From assembly GCA_964426915.1 (NCBI GenBank), contig CAYRTD010000005.1, positions 1-62,686 of the forward strand: DNA of 62,686 nucleotides, in the 5' to 3' direction. Source of the DNA: an uncultured Bacteroidaceae bacterium. GTDB taxonomy: Bacteria; Bacteroidota; Bacteroidia; Bacteroidales; GCA-2748055. The notes under the pieces are model-generated. The model did no database searches. It saw only the letters and a program-made list of their open reading frames with translations, and was not told where the DNA came from. How positions within the stretch are numbered: the stretch's first letter is position 1; every line of letters begins with the position of its first letter. Below, piece by piece: positions 38,679 through 47,633 of this stretch. The position numbers and the translations under genes are program-made.

Positions 38679-40307
38679 ATGGCTCGAACCAGAATCATAA
38701 TACTTATTTTTTTATTGGGGAGTCCTTCTCTTTCAGTAGTTCATGCCCAATATGGACCCGGAGGCATTGGTTATGAAGATGCTTCTGAGGTAGGTCAACC
38801 CGAGCTGGTACTGTGGTTAAAGGCAGATCAGCTTTTTTTGTCTGATGGGGCTGAAGTTGATTTATGGGAAGATCAAAGTGGCAACGACCATCATGCTTTG
38901 AGCGGAGGAGAGGCTGGCCCTCTATTCACTAGTTCCGGTATTAATGATATGCCGGCAATTATATTTAACGGGAATTCATGGTTTAAAGTTCCTGAAAAAA
39001 CGAATCTCGACGGTGGTCCGGGCATTTCAATTTTTGTTGTCATTCAACCTCTGGCGATCGATCCGGGAGGGGGAATGAAAATGATTACAAAGAGAAATCA
39101 CTGGAATCTTTGGGGAGCCGGGCTTAGTAAAGAAACATGTAAATATTCATTCAATCTTGATTTTCATGGACGGGATGAAAACCAGTACATAATGGCTCAT
39201 GTAAATGGCAATTTCCCCGATAATAAAGTAGAAACCGAAGCTATTTACGGAGACAGCTCAAAGGTCCTGCTGGTCAATTACAATTATACAGGACAATATG
39301 CTGCTGTAAGAGTTAACGGACTCAATACCTCAGGAAATAAGCCCAATCCAAATTTTGCCGTTACAGAAATAGGAAATCTGGAAGATTATGATAATGAAGT
39401 GACCATTGCCGCTGCCAAATATGAGCCACAGCTTAATGATGAACCGCCCATAGGAGATTACCTTAAGGGTAAAATAGCAGAAATCGCTATGTATCGTGTG
39501 GGTCTGGATTCAACAAGGCTTCAAATAGTTGAAAACTATCTGGCCGCGAAATATAAACTCAATACAGGTCCTGACAGACTATTTCAGGATACCCTTTTTA
39601 GATATAATCTTATTGCAATAGGTTCTGCTAATGGTCGTGATTTTCACAGAGAATCCGAAAATGGAGTACTCCTGGTAAAAGATAAGAATGAAAGTCTGAA
39701 CGCAGCCGGTGAATTCCTTTTCTGTGCTGATGATAATGTTCTGATTTCATGGACACAAGAAAATATCCCTGAAGAATGGGAGTCGAGATGGACCAGAATA
39801 TGGAAAATTGAAAAGCATGGAGAAGTTGATGCGGAATTATGGTTTAATTTTATAAATGCAGGAATATCTCTATCCAAAAATAAGGAATACGGATTGCTCT
39901 ATACCAGTGATCTGCTCAATGACTTTACAACCCTTTCAGAAAAGGGAAGTGCGAAATTTGGAAATTTAATTTTTCATCTGAGCAATGACGAACTCGCAGA
40001 TGGATATTACACAATTGCTGAAAAGACAGGTAAAACAGATTTACCCGAACATATATTTCCTGAAATTGAAGTTTTGCCAAATCCTTTTAGCAGCAGGATC
40101 AAAATTTACGGAGGGCAAACTGAAACTAAAGTGCGAATAACCCTGAGTGGGATAACTGGCAGGGTTGTGAAGGACTTTAATACACTTAGGATTAACAAAG
40201 AGGGTGTAATTCTTGACGACCTGGACACTCTGGAGGAAGGTTTTTATATTCTTTCAGTCATAGTCGGCAATAGGGTCAAATGTTATTCTTTAATTAAAAC
40301 CAAATAA
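38679..40307 (+). CDS. LamG/concanavalin-like domain protein with T9SS C-terminal domain
   Basis: The start is set at ATG 38679 ('MARTRIIILIFLLGSPSLSVVHAQ') because the ATG at 38652 lies inside the terminator stem. 'DLWEDQSGNDHHA', 'FNGNSWFKV', 'KGKIAEIAMYRVGL' are LamG-like. The tail is 'EVLPNPFSSRIKIY...GFYILSV'. Confidence 0.62.
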   Translation: MARTRIIILIFLLGSPSLSVVHAQYGPGGIGYEDASEVGQPELVLWLKADQLFLSDGAEVDLWEDQSGNDHHALSGGEAGPLFTSSGINDMPAIIFNGNSWFKVPEKTNLDGGPGISIFVVIQPLAIDPGGGMKMITKRNHWNLWGAGLSKETCKYSFNLDFHGRDENQYIMAHVNGNFPDNKVETEAIYGDSSKVLLVNYNYTGQYAAVRVNGLNTSGNKPNPNFAVTEIGNLEDYDNEVTIAAAKYEPQLNDEPPIGDYLKGKIAEIAMYRVGLDSTRLQIVENYLAAKYKLNTGPDRLFQDTLFRYNLIAIGSANGRDFHRESENGVLLVKDKNESLNAAGEFLFCADDNVLISWTQENIPEEWESRWTRIWKIEKHGEVDAELWFNFINAGISLSKNKEYGLLYTSDLLNDFTTLSEKGSAKFGNLIFHLSNDELADGYYTIAEKTGKTDLPEHIFPEIEVLPNPFSSRIKIYGGQTETKVRITLSGITGRVVKDFNTLRINKEGVILDDLDTLEEGFYILSVIVGNRVKCYSLIKTK

Positions 40308-40318
40308 AACATACAATT

Positions 40319-42052
40319 ATGAAAAAACAATTACTTAATTTTTTTACGGTATTACTGGCAGTTACTTTTTCCTCAGGTTTAGTAATTGCTCAGACTGGCC
40401 CCGGAGGTGTTGGCGGCCATGAGGATGAAATTACAGAAGGTTCCCCGATTAATGCATTCTGGGTTCGGGCCGACGATCTTACATTGGGAGATGGTGCCGA
40501 AGTTACCCGGTGGGACGACGTATCGGGTTACAACCATTCAGCTGTTCCCGGGGTTCCTATAGCAGGTGAAATATTATATGAATCCGATAAAGTTAATGGC
40601 CATCCCTGGGTCCGTTTCCATGGAGTGAATTTTCTAAAGGTTGCCGATCATGATATTCTTGATGGGGGCGAAGGCCTTGCCATTTTCCTTGTTGCAAAAA
40701 GAGACTCATTTAAAGTTGACAAATACGGAGGTGCTTCTGCTCTGGTTAACAAGAGAGGGCATTGGAATATATGGTCGCACGTTCCTGAAATAACAGCAGA
40801 GGGCCTGGAGCACGCGTACGAAATCAAATGGGATAAATTCAAAACGGTAACTCCCGGAGCGGATTCTGGTGTGATTACCGCATTTCTGAACGGGAATTTA
40901 CCCGATGGCGCAGGATCAGATGTGTTTCCAACAGCAGAAAACACTACCGATACTGACTCCTCTTATATAATCAGCTATGCATATACCTCTGCAGAAGGAT
41001 CATACGGTGCTTTTGTGAGGGCTAAAGGGCTGATGACCAGCAGAAGACCTGAAGGAAATCCTAATCCCATTGTTGTCGGGGATATTGTTAGCAGTTCCAA
41101 AGACTTGTATATTGGAGCGTCCCAGTTAGATCCTCCCGGTAACTTCGGGGATAATCCCAATAAAAATGATAGATGTCCGGACTGTACTGAATCAGATTAT
41201 CTGGAAGGAGCCCTTTCAGAAGTAATTATATACAAAGGAACCCTCTGGCATACGCATGTATTTATAGTGGAGAATTATCTTTCCCTAAAATACGGACTTC
41301 CCATTGGAGATGAGAAGTATTACGATGATGATACCTTCCTGTATGATCTGATTGGTATAGGCAATGAAATGGGTGATGATAAAAAGCATACAAAAAGTAC
41401 TGCTCAGGCACTAACTATTGAGGAATTGAATGGTTCTCTTGATGCAGAAAAGGAGTATGTATTCGTTGCACATGATAATGTGCCCTATGATATCACAACA
41501 GAAGGTATGGCTGATGAAAATGCGGAAAGATGGGGCAAAACATGGAGGCTTTTGGAGCTTGGAGAAGCGGATGTGGCTTTTACATTCGATTTTATAGCTG
41601 CCGGGTTACGAATGCAGGATGTGCAAAATTACAGGGTTGCCTATAAATCTACACCCGAAGAAGATTTTGTTCTTTTAGACGCTATGCCCAGTAAATTCCT
41701 TCGCTCGCTTATCTTTGAGCTGGAAGGTGAAAACCTTCAATCGGGATATTATACCCTCGCTTATATGCAGGATGAAAACTCAGTCCCGAACTTTAACCTT
41801 TCCACTGATATGAATGTATTCCCGAATCCTGCAAATGAAAATCTGAGTCTAAAATTTGTTCAGGAGTTTACAGGACCCATTGAAATACGAATTCTGGATC
41901 TTTCAGGAAGAGAGTTAACGAAAATTGAGGATACTAAAATATCATTTGAATACTCTAAAGACCTGAAGATAGATAATCTGGATTCCGGAGCGTATCTAAT
42001 TGAAATTAGAATCAATAAGCATTTTGCTATTCAAACCTTTATGAAAAAATAA
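40319..42052 (+). CDS. LamG/concanavalin-like domain protein with T9SS C-terminal domain (paralog of the preceding gene)
   Basis: 577 aa. It has the same layout as the preceding gene: 'AQTGPGGVGG', 'TRWDDVSGYNHSA', 'FHGVNFLKV', 'EGALSEVIIYKGTL', 'ERWGKTWRLLELGEADVAFTFDF'. The tail is 'MNVFPNPANENLSLKF...GAYLIEI'. Confidence 0.62.
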   Translation: MKKQLLNFFTVLLAVTFSSGLVIAQTGPGGVGGHEDEITEGSPINAFWVRADDLTLGDGAEVTRWDDVSGYNHSAVPGVPIAGEILYESDKVNGHPWVRFHGVNFLKVADHDILDGGEGLAIFLVAKRDSFKVDKYGGASALVNKRGHWNIWSHVPEITAEGLEHAYEIKWDKFKTVTPGADSGVITAFLNGNLPDGAGSDVFPTAENTTDTDSSYIISYAYTSAEGSYGAFVRAKGLMTSRRPEGNPNPIVVGDIVSSSKDLYIGASQLDPPGNFGDNPNKNDRCPDCTESDYLEGALSEVIIYKGTLWHTHVFIVENYLSLKYGLPIGDEKYYDDDTFLYDLIGIGNEMGDDKKHTKSTAQALTIEELNGSLDAEKEYVFVAHDNVPYDITTEGMADENAERWGKTWRLLELGEADVAFTFDFIAAGLRMQDVQNYRVAYKSTPEEDFVLLDAMPSKFLRSLIFELEGENLQSGYYTLAYMQDENSVPNFNLSTDMNVFPNPANENLSLKFVQEFTGPIEIRILDLSGRELTKIEDTKISFEYSKDLKIDNLDSGAYLIEIRINKHFAIQTFMKK

Positions 42053-42081
42053 TGTCTGTCGGATTTTGATTAACAGACACT
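42051..42081. repeat. Minimal hairpin made of the repeat-family termini only (copy D)
   Basis: aatgtctgtc-ggattttgatt-aacagacact overlaps the stop codon of 40319..42052. The ends match the copy A termini agtgtctgtc / gacagacact. Confidence 0.4.
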
Positions 42082-42141
42082 TATTAGAGTAAATAAGCCC
42101 TTTTGGTTTTAATTAGTAATCAGATTTCAATCCTCTTCATG

Positions 42142-42177
42142 AATTGTCGTCATCCAATAAATCGGATGACGACAATT
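42142..42177 (+). terminator. 14-bp hairpin, possible terminator
   Basis: aattgtcgtcatcc (42142-42155) / ggatgacgacaatt (42164-42177), followed by a weak T tract (attttg). Confidence 0.5.
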
Positions 42178-42262
42178 ATTTTGATGAAGATAAGTTCATT
42201 TTGTATCAGGATCTGAATGTTAAACCTCAAAAGCTATAAAATTCATTATTAAAAAGTTATAA

Positions 42263-45200
42263 ATGAAAAATCAATATTTTATTATATTTACTTTACTATC
42301 TGTAATCTGTTATCCTTCTTTTTCACAGTTGAGAATAAATGAATTTATGGCTTCCAATGGTTCCATAATTATGGATGATAAAGGTGAATATGATGATTGG
42401 ATTGAGTTGCATAATAGTGGGAATTCGTCAATAAACCTGCAGGGATATTTCTTAAGTGACGATTTAAATGATCCCTTCAAATGGCGTTTTAATCAACCGC
42501 TGGTGGTTGAACCGGATGAGTATATAATTATCTGGGCCGACAACGAAAACCGGGATAATCATACTTCATTCAGCCTTAACAGACAGGAGGAAGAGATCGT
42601 TTTGTCGGATCCCGATAGTGTTTTGGTAGACTCGGTAAAGTTTTATGATCAGATCTATGATTATTCTTACGGCAGATCTGCTGATGGTAGTTGGGGATAT
42701 TTCTCTGAACCTACACCAGGCACTCTAAATTCAACCCATATAGTTGAAGGTCGTTGTCAGGCACCCATATTAAAAACTGCTCCGGGTATTTATGAAGGAT
42801 TTATGAGAATCGAGCTGGAGAATGTTGACCCACAGACAGAGATTTATTATACGATTGATGGCTCTGTTCCAACGGTCGAATCAAAATATTATGAGAATAA
42901 AATTCAGTTATACGAGACCGGAACGGTAAGATTAAGAGCGTTTAAAGAAGGATGGCTCCCATCCCGAGTGGTAACAGGCAGCTATTTCATTAATGAAAGA
43001 AACCATGATGTTGATATAGTAAGTGTTTCAACAGATCCTTATAACCTTTGGGATGATGAATACGGGATACACGTAGTAGGTACCAATGGTATTGAAAAAT
43101 ATGGTATTGTCGCAAATTACAATCAGGACTGGGAAAGACCTGTTTCTGTTGAACTATTTAAGCCAAACGGGAAAAGAGAATTTCAGGTGGATGCCGGAGT
43201 ACAGATTTCAGGACAGTATAGCCGGAAAAATGAACATAAGACGTTAGCTTTTTATTTGAGAAGCCAGTATGGGTTTGCCCGTCTGAATTATCCATTATTT
43301 CCGGAAAAGGATATAGATCAATACAATAATTTTTTGTTAAGAAATTCAGGAAGCGAATGGCCGGAAACGATGTTTGGCGATGCAATATCTCAATATATTG
43401 TGAAAGACCAGATGGATACGGATTATATGGCATATCGCCCTGCTGCAGTATATCTGAACGGAGAATACTGGGGAATTCTTAACCTCAGAGAAAAGATCAA
43501 TGAACATTACCCGGCTTCGAATTATGATATACCGGCAAAAGAAGTTGATATGCTTGAAAGTTCCGGAGACTTTGATTTCAGAATAGTAAGTGGCGATAAC
43601 AGCGATTATCTGGCATTAAGAACGTTTGTAGAAAACAATGAACTTTCTGATCAACAGAACTTTGAACATGTATCCTCACGTGTAGACCTGGAGCATTATA
43701 CCGATTATCAGATTACGGAAATATATGAAAATAATACCGATTGGCCTGGGAATAATATTAAATACTGGAGACATGGAGCCGATCTTTTTTCTAAATGGAG
43801 ATGGGTAATGTATGACCTTGACCGGGGGTTTAGCATCAGGGGACAGGCGCCTGACTATGAAAAGAAAGATCAGGATAATCTGGTTAGGGCCATGAACTCG
43901 GGTAAGTATAATTTTCTTTTAACCGGCATGATGAATAATGCCGGGTACAAGGAATATTTTATTAAACGATTTAATGCTCACATATATACTACATTTCATC
44001 CTGAACGTGTTAATCCTATTTTTGATGAGTGGGGGGATAGACTTGAAAATGAAATGGAAAATCATCTTGACCGGTGGGGAGATAATCGTTGGGATTGGGG
44101 ACCTTTTGATGAAAAAACGATTGGTGGCTGGCGGGATATTATAACCTATAAAAAATACTGGGCAGAAGAGCGGCCTGAGGTTATGATGGGGATTCTTAAA
44201 GAATATTTCAGCCTTAGTGATACTCTCAGGGTAGATCTCTCAGTCAGCTCGTTACAACATGGACACATCAGTGTAAATGGTGTAAAATCCACACTCAAAG
44301 AATTTTCAGGAGTCTTTTTTAGTGATTATTCACTTGATATTACTGCTCATCCCAAACCCGGTTACCATTTTGACCATTGGGAAGGAATTACATTTGGTAA
44401 TCATAGAGCTGATTATTCTCTGAATATTGAAGAGAATATGAAGATTAAAGCTATGTTCTCAAAAAATTCTTTACAAATAAACGAGATCATGGCTGATAAT
44501 ACGATAAGTTTGGCAGATGATTTTGGTGAATATGATGACTGGATTGAGTTATATAATTCTGGAAATGAGAGTGTAAATATTGGGGGTATGTATATTTCAG
44601 ATGACCCAGATAATCCGCTGAAATGGAAAATTCCTTCTTCAGACAATGAGTTGACAAGCATTCAACCCGGAGATTATTTAATTCTTTGGGCTGATGCTGA
44701 TACAACGCAGGGTATTCTCCACCTGGGCTTCAGGCTTAATAATAACGGAGAATCATTAATTCTTACCTCCGGCGATGGAAAAACATTAATAAGTAGCATG
44801 GATTTTGGTAAACAGGAACCCAATAAATCATATGGCGACTTCCCGGATGGAAGCCTTTCAAGAAAATACATGCCGGCCACTCCAGGAACTGCAAATATCT
44901 CCTTCTCCAACGATTATGATTTGTATATAAATGAATTTATGGCTGCCAACAATACGATCATGGATGAATACAATGAATTCGACGATTGGATAGAGATTTA
45001 TAATAATGGCCCGGAAGATGTTAATCTTGCAGGCTTTTATCTTACCGATGATTTTTCTGACCCTGTGAAATATCAGATAAGTGATGAGAATCCTGAATTA
45101 ACTACCATACCCTCCAGGGGTTTTCTGGTTATATGGACAGATAATGATTCTGAGCAGGGCCCCCTGCATACGAATTTTAAACTTAGCGCTGCAGGTGAGG

Positions 45201-45619
45201 AACTGGCATTAACAGAACCCGGTGGTCAATTCTTTATTGATTCTCTTATATTCGCCAACAGTTTAGAGGATATATCAATGGGTCGGGTAAAGGACGGGGG
45301 AAATGACTGGCGGGATTTTGCGAGTGCAACACCCGGTCGATCTAATTTATCTACAAATATTGATATAAATGTTCAGAATTTTATTGCTGCATACCCGAAT
45401 CCTTTTAAAAATAATTTGACAATTCATCTGAAAGGAGAAATAATCGGGGAAAATATAGAAATCATCGTCATGGATGTCCATGGTAGACCAGTATATCTGA
45501 ATGAAGCCTATGCCGTTGAAGAAATAGATCTAAATCTATCCGAATTACCTGCTGGGGCCTACCTTTTAAGGATAATTGCCAGAGGACAGGTATACTCGAA
45601 AATGATTATCAAACAATAG
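42263..45619 (+). CDS. CotH-kinase-family protein with three lamin-tail domains, a CHB_HEX_C-like domain and a T9SS C-terminal domain
   Basis: 1118 aa. LTD blocks 'LRINEFMASN...YDDWIELHNSG...IIWAD', 'LQINEIMADN...YDDWIELYNSG...LILWAD', 'LYINEFMAAN...FDDWIEIYNNG...LVIWTD'. 'YYTIDGSVPT...VRLRAF' is CHB_HEX_C-like. The CotH core is 'LRNSGSEW', 'AVYLNGEYWGILNLREKI', 'TDWPGNNIKYWR'. The tail is 'AAYPNPFKNNLTIHL...GAYLLRI'. Confidence 0.75.
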   Translation: MKNQYFIIFTLLSVICYPSFSQLRINEFMASNGSIIMDDKGEYDDWIELHNSGNSSINLQGYFLSDDLNDPFKWRFNQPLVVEPDEYIIIWADNENRDNHTSFSLNRQEEEIVLSDPDSVLVDSVKFYDQIYDYSYGRSADGSWGYFSEPTPGTLNSTHIVEGRCQAPILKTAPGIYEGFMRIELENVDPQTEIYYTIDGSVPTVESKYYENKIQLYETGTVRLRAFKEGWLPSRVVTGSYFINERNHDVDIVSVSTDPYNLWDDEYGIHVVGTNGIEKYGIVANYNQDWERPVSVELFKPNGKREFQVDAGVQISGQYSRKNEHKTLAFYLRSQYGFARLNYPLFPEKDIDQYNNFLLRNSGSEWPETMFGDAISQYIVKDQMDTDYMAYRPAAVYLNGEYWGILNLREKINEHYPASNYDIPAKEVDMLESSGDFDFRIVSGDNSDYLALRTFVENNELSDQQNFEHVSSRVDLEHYTDYQITEIYENNTDWPGNNIKYWRHGADLFSKWRWVMYDLDRGFSIRGQAPDYEKKDQDNLVRAMNSGKYNFLLTGMMNNAGYKEYFIKRFNAHIYTTFHPERVNPIFDEWGDRLENEMENHLDRWGDNRWDWGPFDEKTIGGWRDIITYKKYWAEERPEVMMGILKEYFSLSDTLRVDLSVSSLQHGHISVNGVKSTLKEFSGVFFSDYSLDITAHPKPGYHFDHWEGITFGNHRADYSLNIEENMKIKAMFSKNSLQINEIMADNTISLADDFGEYDDWIELYNSGNESVNIGGMYISDDPDNPLKWKIPSSDNELTSIQPGDYLILWADADTTQGILHLGFRLNNNGESLILTSGDGKTLISSMDFGKQEPNKSYGDFPDGSLSRKYMPATPGTANISFSNDYDLYINEFMAANNTIMDEYNEFDDWIEIYNNGPEDVNLAGFYLTDDFSDPVKYQISDENPELTTIPSRGFLVIWTDNDSEQGPLHTNFKLSAAGEELALTEPGGQFFIDSLIFANSLEDISMGRVKDGGNDWRDFASATPGRSNLSTNIDINVQNFIAAYPNPFKNNLTIHLKGEIIGENIEIIVMDVHGRPVYLNEAYAVEEIDLNLSELPAGAYLLRIIARGQVYSKMIIKQ

Positions 45620-45631
45620 AGACAATTTACT

Positions 45632-47017
45632 ATGAAAAACAATAAAATTTTATGGTGGTTATTGATCACTTTTCAACTAGCTTGTTCAAATAATCAGGAT
45701 TACAACATCAAAGACTTTGATGCCGTAGGTGATGGCAAAACAATCAATACCGTTAATATTCAAAAAGCCATTAATGCGGCTTCAGAAGCCGGCGGAGGTA
45801 AAGTAGTAATTACTCAAGGCACTTTTGTTACGGGTACTCTATACATGAAAGACAATGTAACTTTACATCTGAATGAGGGTGCAACCTTACTGGGAAGCCC
45901 CCACCTCGATGATTACCCGATGCACGAACTCTCAACCGTTCGCTCTTATACCGAGCGCTATACTAAAAAAGGGCTGATTTATGCCGAAGGTGTGAATAAC
46001 ATCGCTATCCAGGGTGCTGGTATTATCGATGGTAACAGCTTTGCTCCTGAATTCAAGCAAGCCAGTAAAGAAAATATGACCCTTAAGCCACTTGGTATTA
46101 AATTCATTTCCTGTAAAAATGTGCGTGTAGAAGGCGTGACTATTATGCAAGCTGGCCTGTGGTTGCAGCATTACCTCAACTGTGAAGATCTGACCATTCG
46201 CAATATTGAGGCCATCAATCATGGTAATTTTACCAACGACGGTTTGAACATCGATGGCTGCCGTAATGTACTGATTGAGGATATTTCCATAGATTCACAC
46301 GATGATGCCCTGGTTTTTAAAAGTACGGGTCCGGCAATATGTGAAGATGTAAAAGTCAGGAATTGTATTCTAAAAAGCCACTGCCATGCATTAAAGTTTG
46401 GCACAGAAACTACCGGAGGTTTTCGCAACTTTGACATTGCCGGCATTCAAATAATGCCCAGCGATTCGGTACATTATAAAACCGGTAAGCTTTGGCGGGT
46501 TATTACTGGTGTCGCAATGGAAATTACCGACGGTGGAATCATGGAAAACATTAAAATTAGCGACCTTCATGCCGATAGTGTTTATGCACCTATTTTTATT
46601 AAACTGGGTAACCGAGCCAGAAAACATCGGGAAGATGCTCCAGAACCAACACCCGGCACCATTAAAAACATAATTTTATCTGATATCACAATTACAAATG
46701 CCGGGCCATTCAGCTCGTCAATCACTGGTTTTCCAGGGTATCAGGTGCAGGATGTAACATTGAAAAATATTTCCATAAAATACAATGTAGCTCCCACTGA
46801 AGCAGAGCTGTTTTCCGAAGTGCCTGAAAATGAAAAACGTTACCCTGAGATCACCATGTTTACCAAAGGTTTACCTGAAACCAAATACCTGCCCACCTAC
46901 GGACTTTTTGCCCGTCATGTCAATGGTCTCTCCATAGAAAATTTTGAGGTAGAACCAGCATCAGGCGATCCCAGAGAAAAATTTAAATTTATCAACGTTG
47001 AAAATTTGGCACAATGA
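45632..47017 (+). CDS. Glycoside hydrolase family 28-like (right-handed beta-helix) enzyme
   Basis: 461 aa. '[25 protein letters not shown]' is a pectate-lyase-3-like N-terminus. '[32 protein letters not shown]' carries the NxDG...DD catalytic blocks. '[17 protein letters not shown]' and 'IFIKLGNR' are also present. Confidence 0.8.
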   Translation: MKNNKILWWLLITFQLACSNNQDYNIKDFDAVGDGKTINTVNIQKAINAASEAGGGKVVITQGTFVTGTLYMKDNVTLHLNEGATLLGSPHLDDYPMHELSTVRSYTERYTKKGLIYAEGVNNIAIQGAGIIDGNSFAPEFKQASKENMTLKPLGIKFISCKNVRVEGVTIMQAGLWLQHYLNCEDLTIRNIEAINHGNFTNDGLNIDGCRNVLIEDISIDSHDDALVFKSTGPAICEDVKVRNCILKSHCHALKFGTETTGGFRNFDIAGIQIMPSDSVHYKTGKLWRVITGVAMEITDGGIMENIKISDLHADSVYAPIFIKLGNRARKHREDAPEPTPGTIKNIILSDITITNAGPFSSSITGFPGYQVQDVTLKNISIKYNVAPTEAELFSEVPENEKRYPEITMFTKGLPETKYLPTYGLFARHVNGLSIENFEVEPASGDPREKFKFINVENLAQ

Positions 47018-47045
47018 AATTTTTTACTTTGTGACTTTTTCATTG

Positions 47046-47277
47046 TGCACTACTAGTAGGGCAGCTTTGTTAACAGGAAGATATAATTCAGCAAACGGAG
47101 TTACGCAGTTATCCTCTCACCATGGAAGAGATTAGTCAGCTAAATATGAGCGGTTAGAAGATGCTGTTTTTAATAAAGATGAAAAGCCAATTGCTGATCT
47201 TTTAAAAGAGAAGTGTATCAAACAGCTTTAATTGTCAAATGGCATCTGGCTGGTATGAGCTGGACATCAGCTAAGTA
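47046..47277 (+). pseudogene. Sulfatase gene relic (active-site fragment plus frameshifted second fragment)
   Basis: 47046-47135 reads [19 protein letters not shown]...stop, the sulfatase C-x-P-x-R signature region with P replaced by T. 47175-47230 reads KDEKPIADLLKEKCIKQL-stop. A shifted frame then reads IVKWHLAG (47231-47254), the conserved 'GKWHLG' block. There is no N-terminus and no catalytic-domain remainder. Confidence 0.65.
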
Positions 47278-47374
47278 GTTAGCAAGCATGCAATCAAACC
47301 CATTTAAAAAAACATGGCCCTATATTTTTTTGTCGAAGACAAATAAAATATAATCCCTGTGTTCTCCCCTGAGC

Positions 47375-47525
47375 GTAGCGACTCCAAGACGTCTTTCTAT
47401 TCATATTCCTCCCCGGGTTCCCTGCCCGCCAAAGCACAGGCACGCGCCTCGGCCACCGGCGGCCAAAACCTTTGGTGACGGCTCGCAGGCGGGTCTGTGA
47501 CTACTCCGTGAACTCTGTGTAATAT
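47375..47525. repeat. Dispersed intergenic repeat (second family), copy 2 with GC-rich hairpin insert
   Basis: agcgactccaagacgtctttctattcatattcctc + [cccgggttccctgcccgcc ... gcaggcggg] + tctgtgactactccgtgaactctgtgtaatat. The flanks match 3665-3741. The insert core cctgcccgcc...gcaggcggg(t/c)ctgt recurs in reverse orientation at about 59370-59415. Confidence 0.5.
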
Positions 47526-47575
47526 ATCCCCCCAGTGTTCTCATGCGAGCACAGCGAATGGTGCAAAATACAATT

Positions 47576-47603
47576 CCCCGAATCCACCACAGCGGATTCG
47601 GGG
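47576..47603 (-). terminator. Hairpin terminator downstream of the 47634..49193 gene
   Basis: 10-bp stem ccccgaatcc / ggattcgggg with an 8-nt loop. On the minus strand it is followed by aattgtatttt. Confidence 0.6.
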
Positions 47604-47633
47604 AATTAAAATTTCCTGCAAATTATTAATTAT

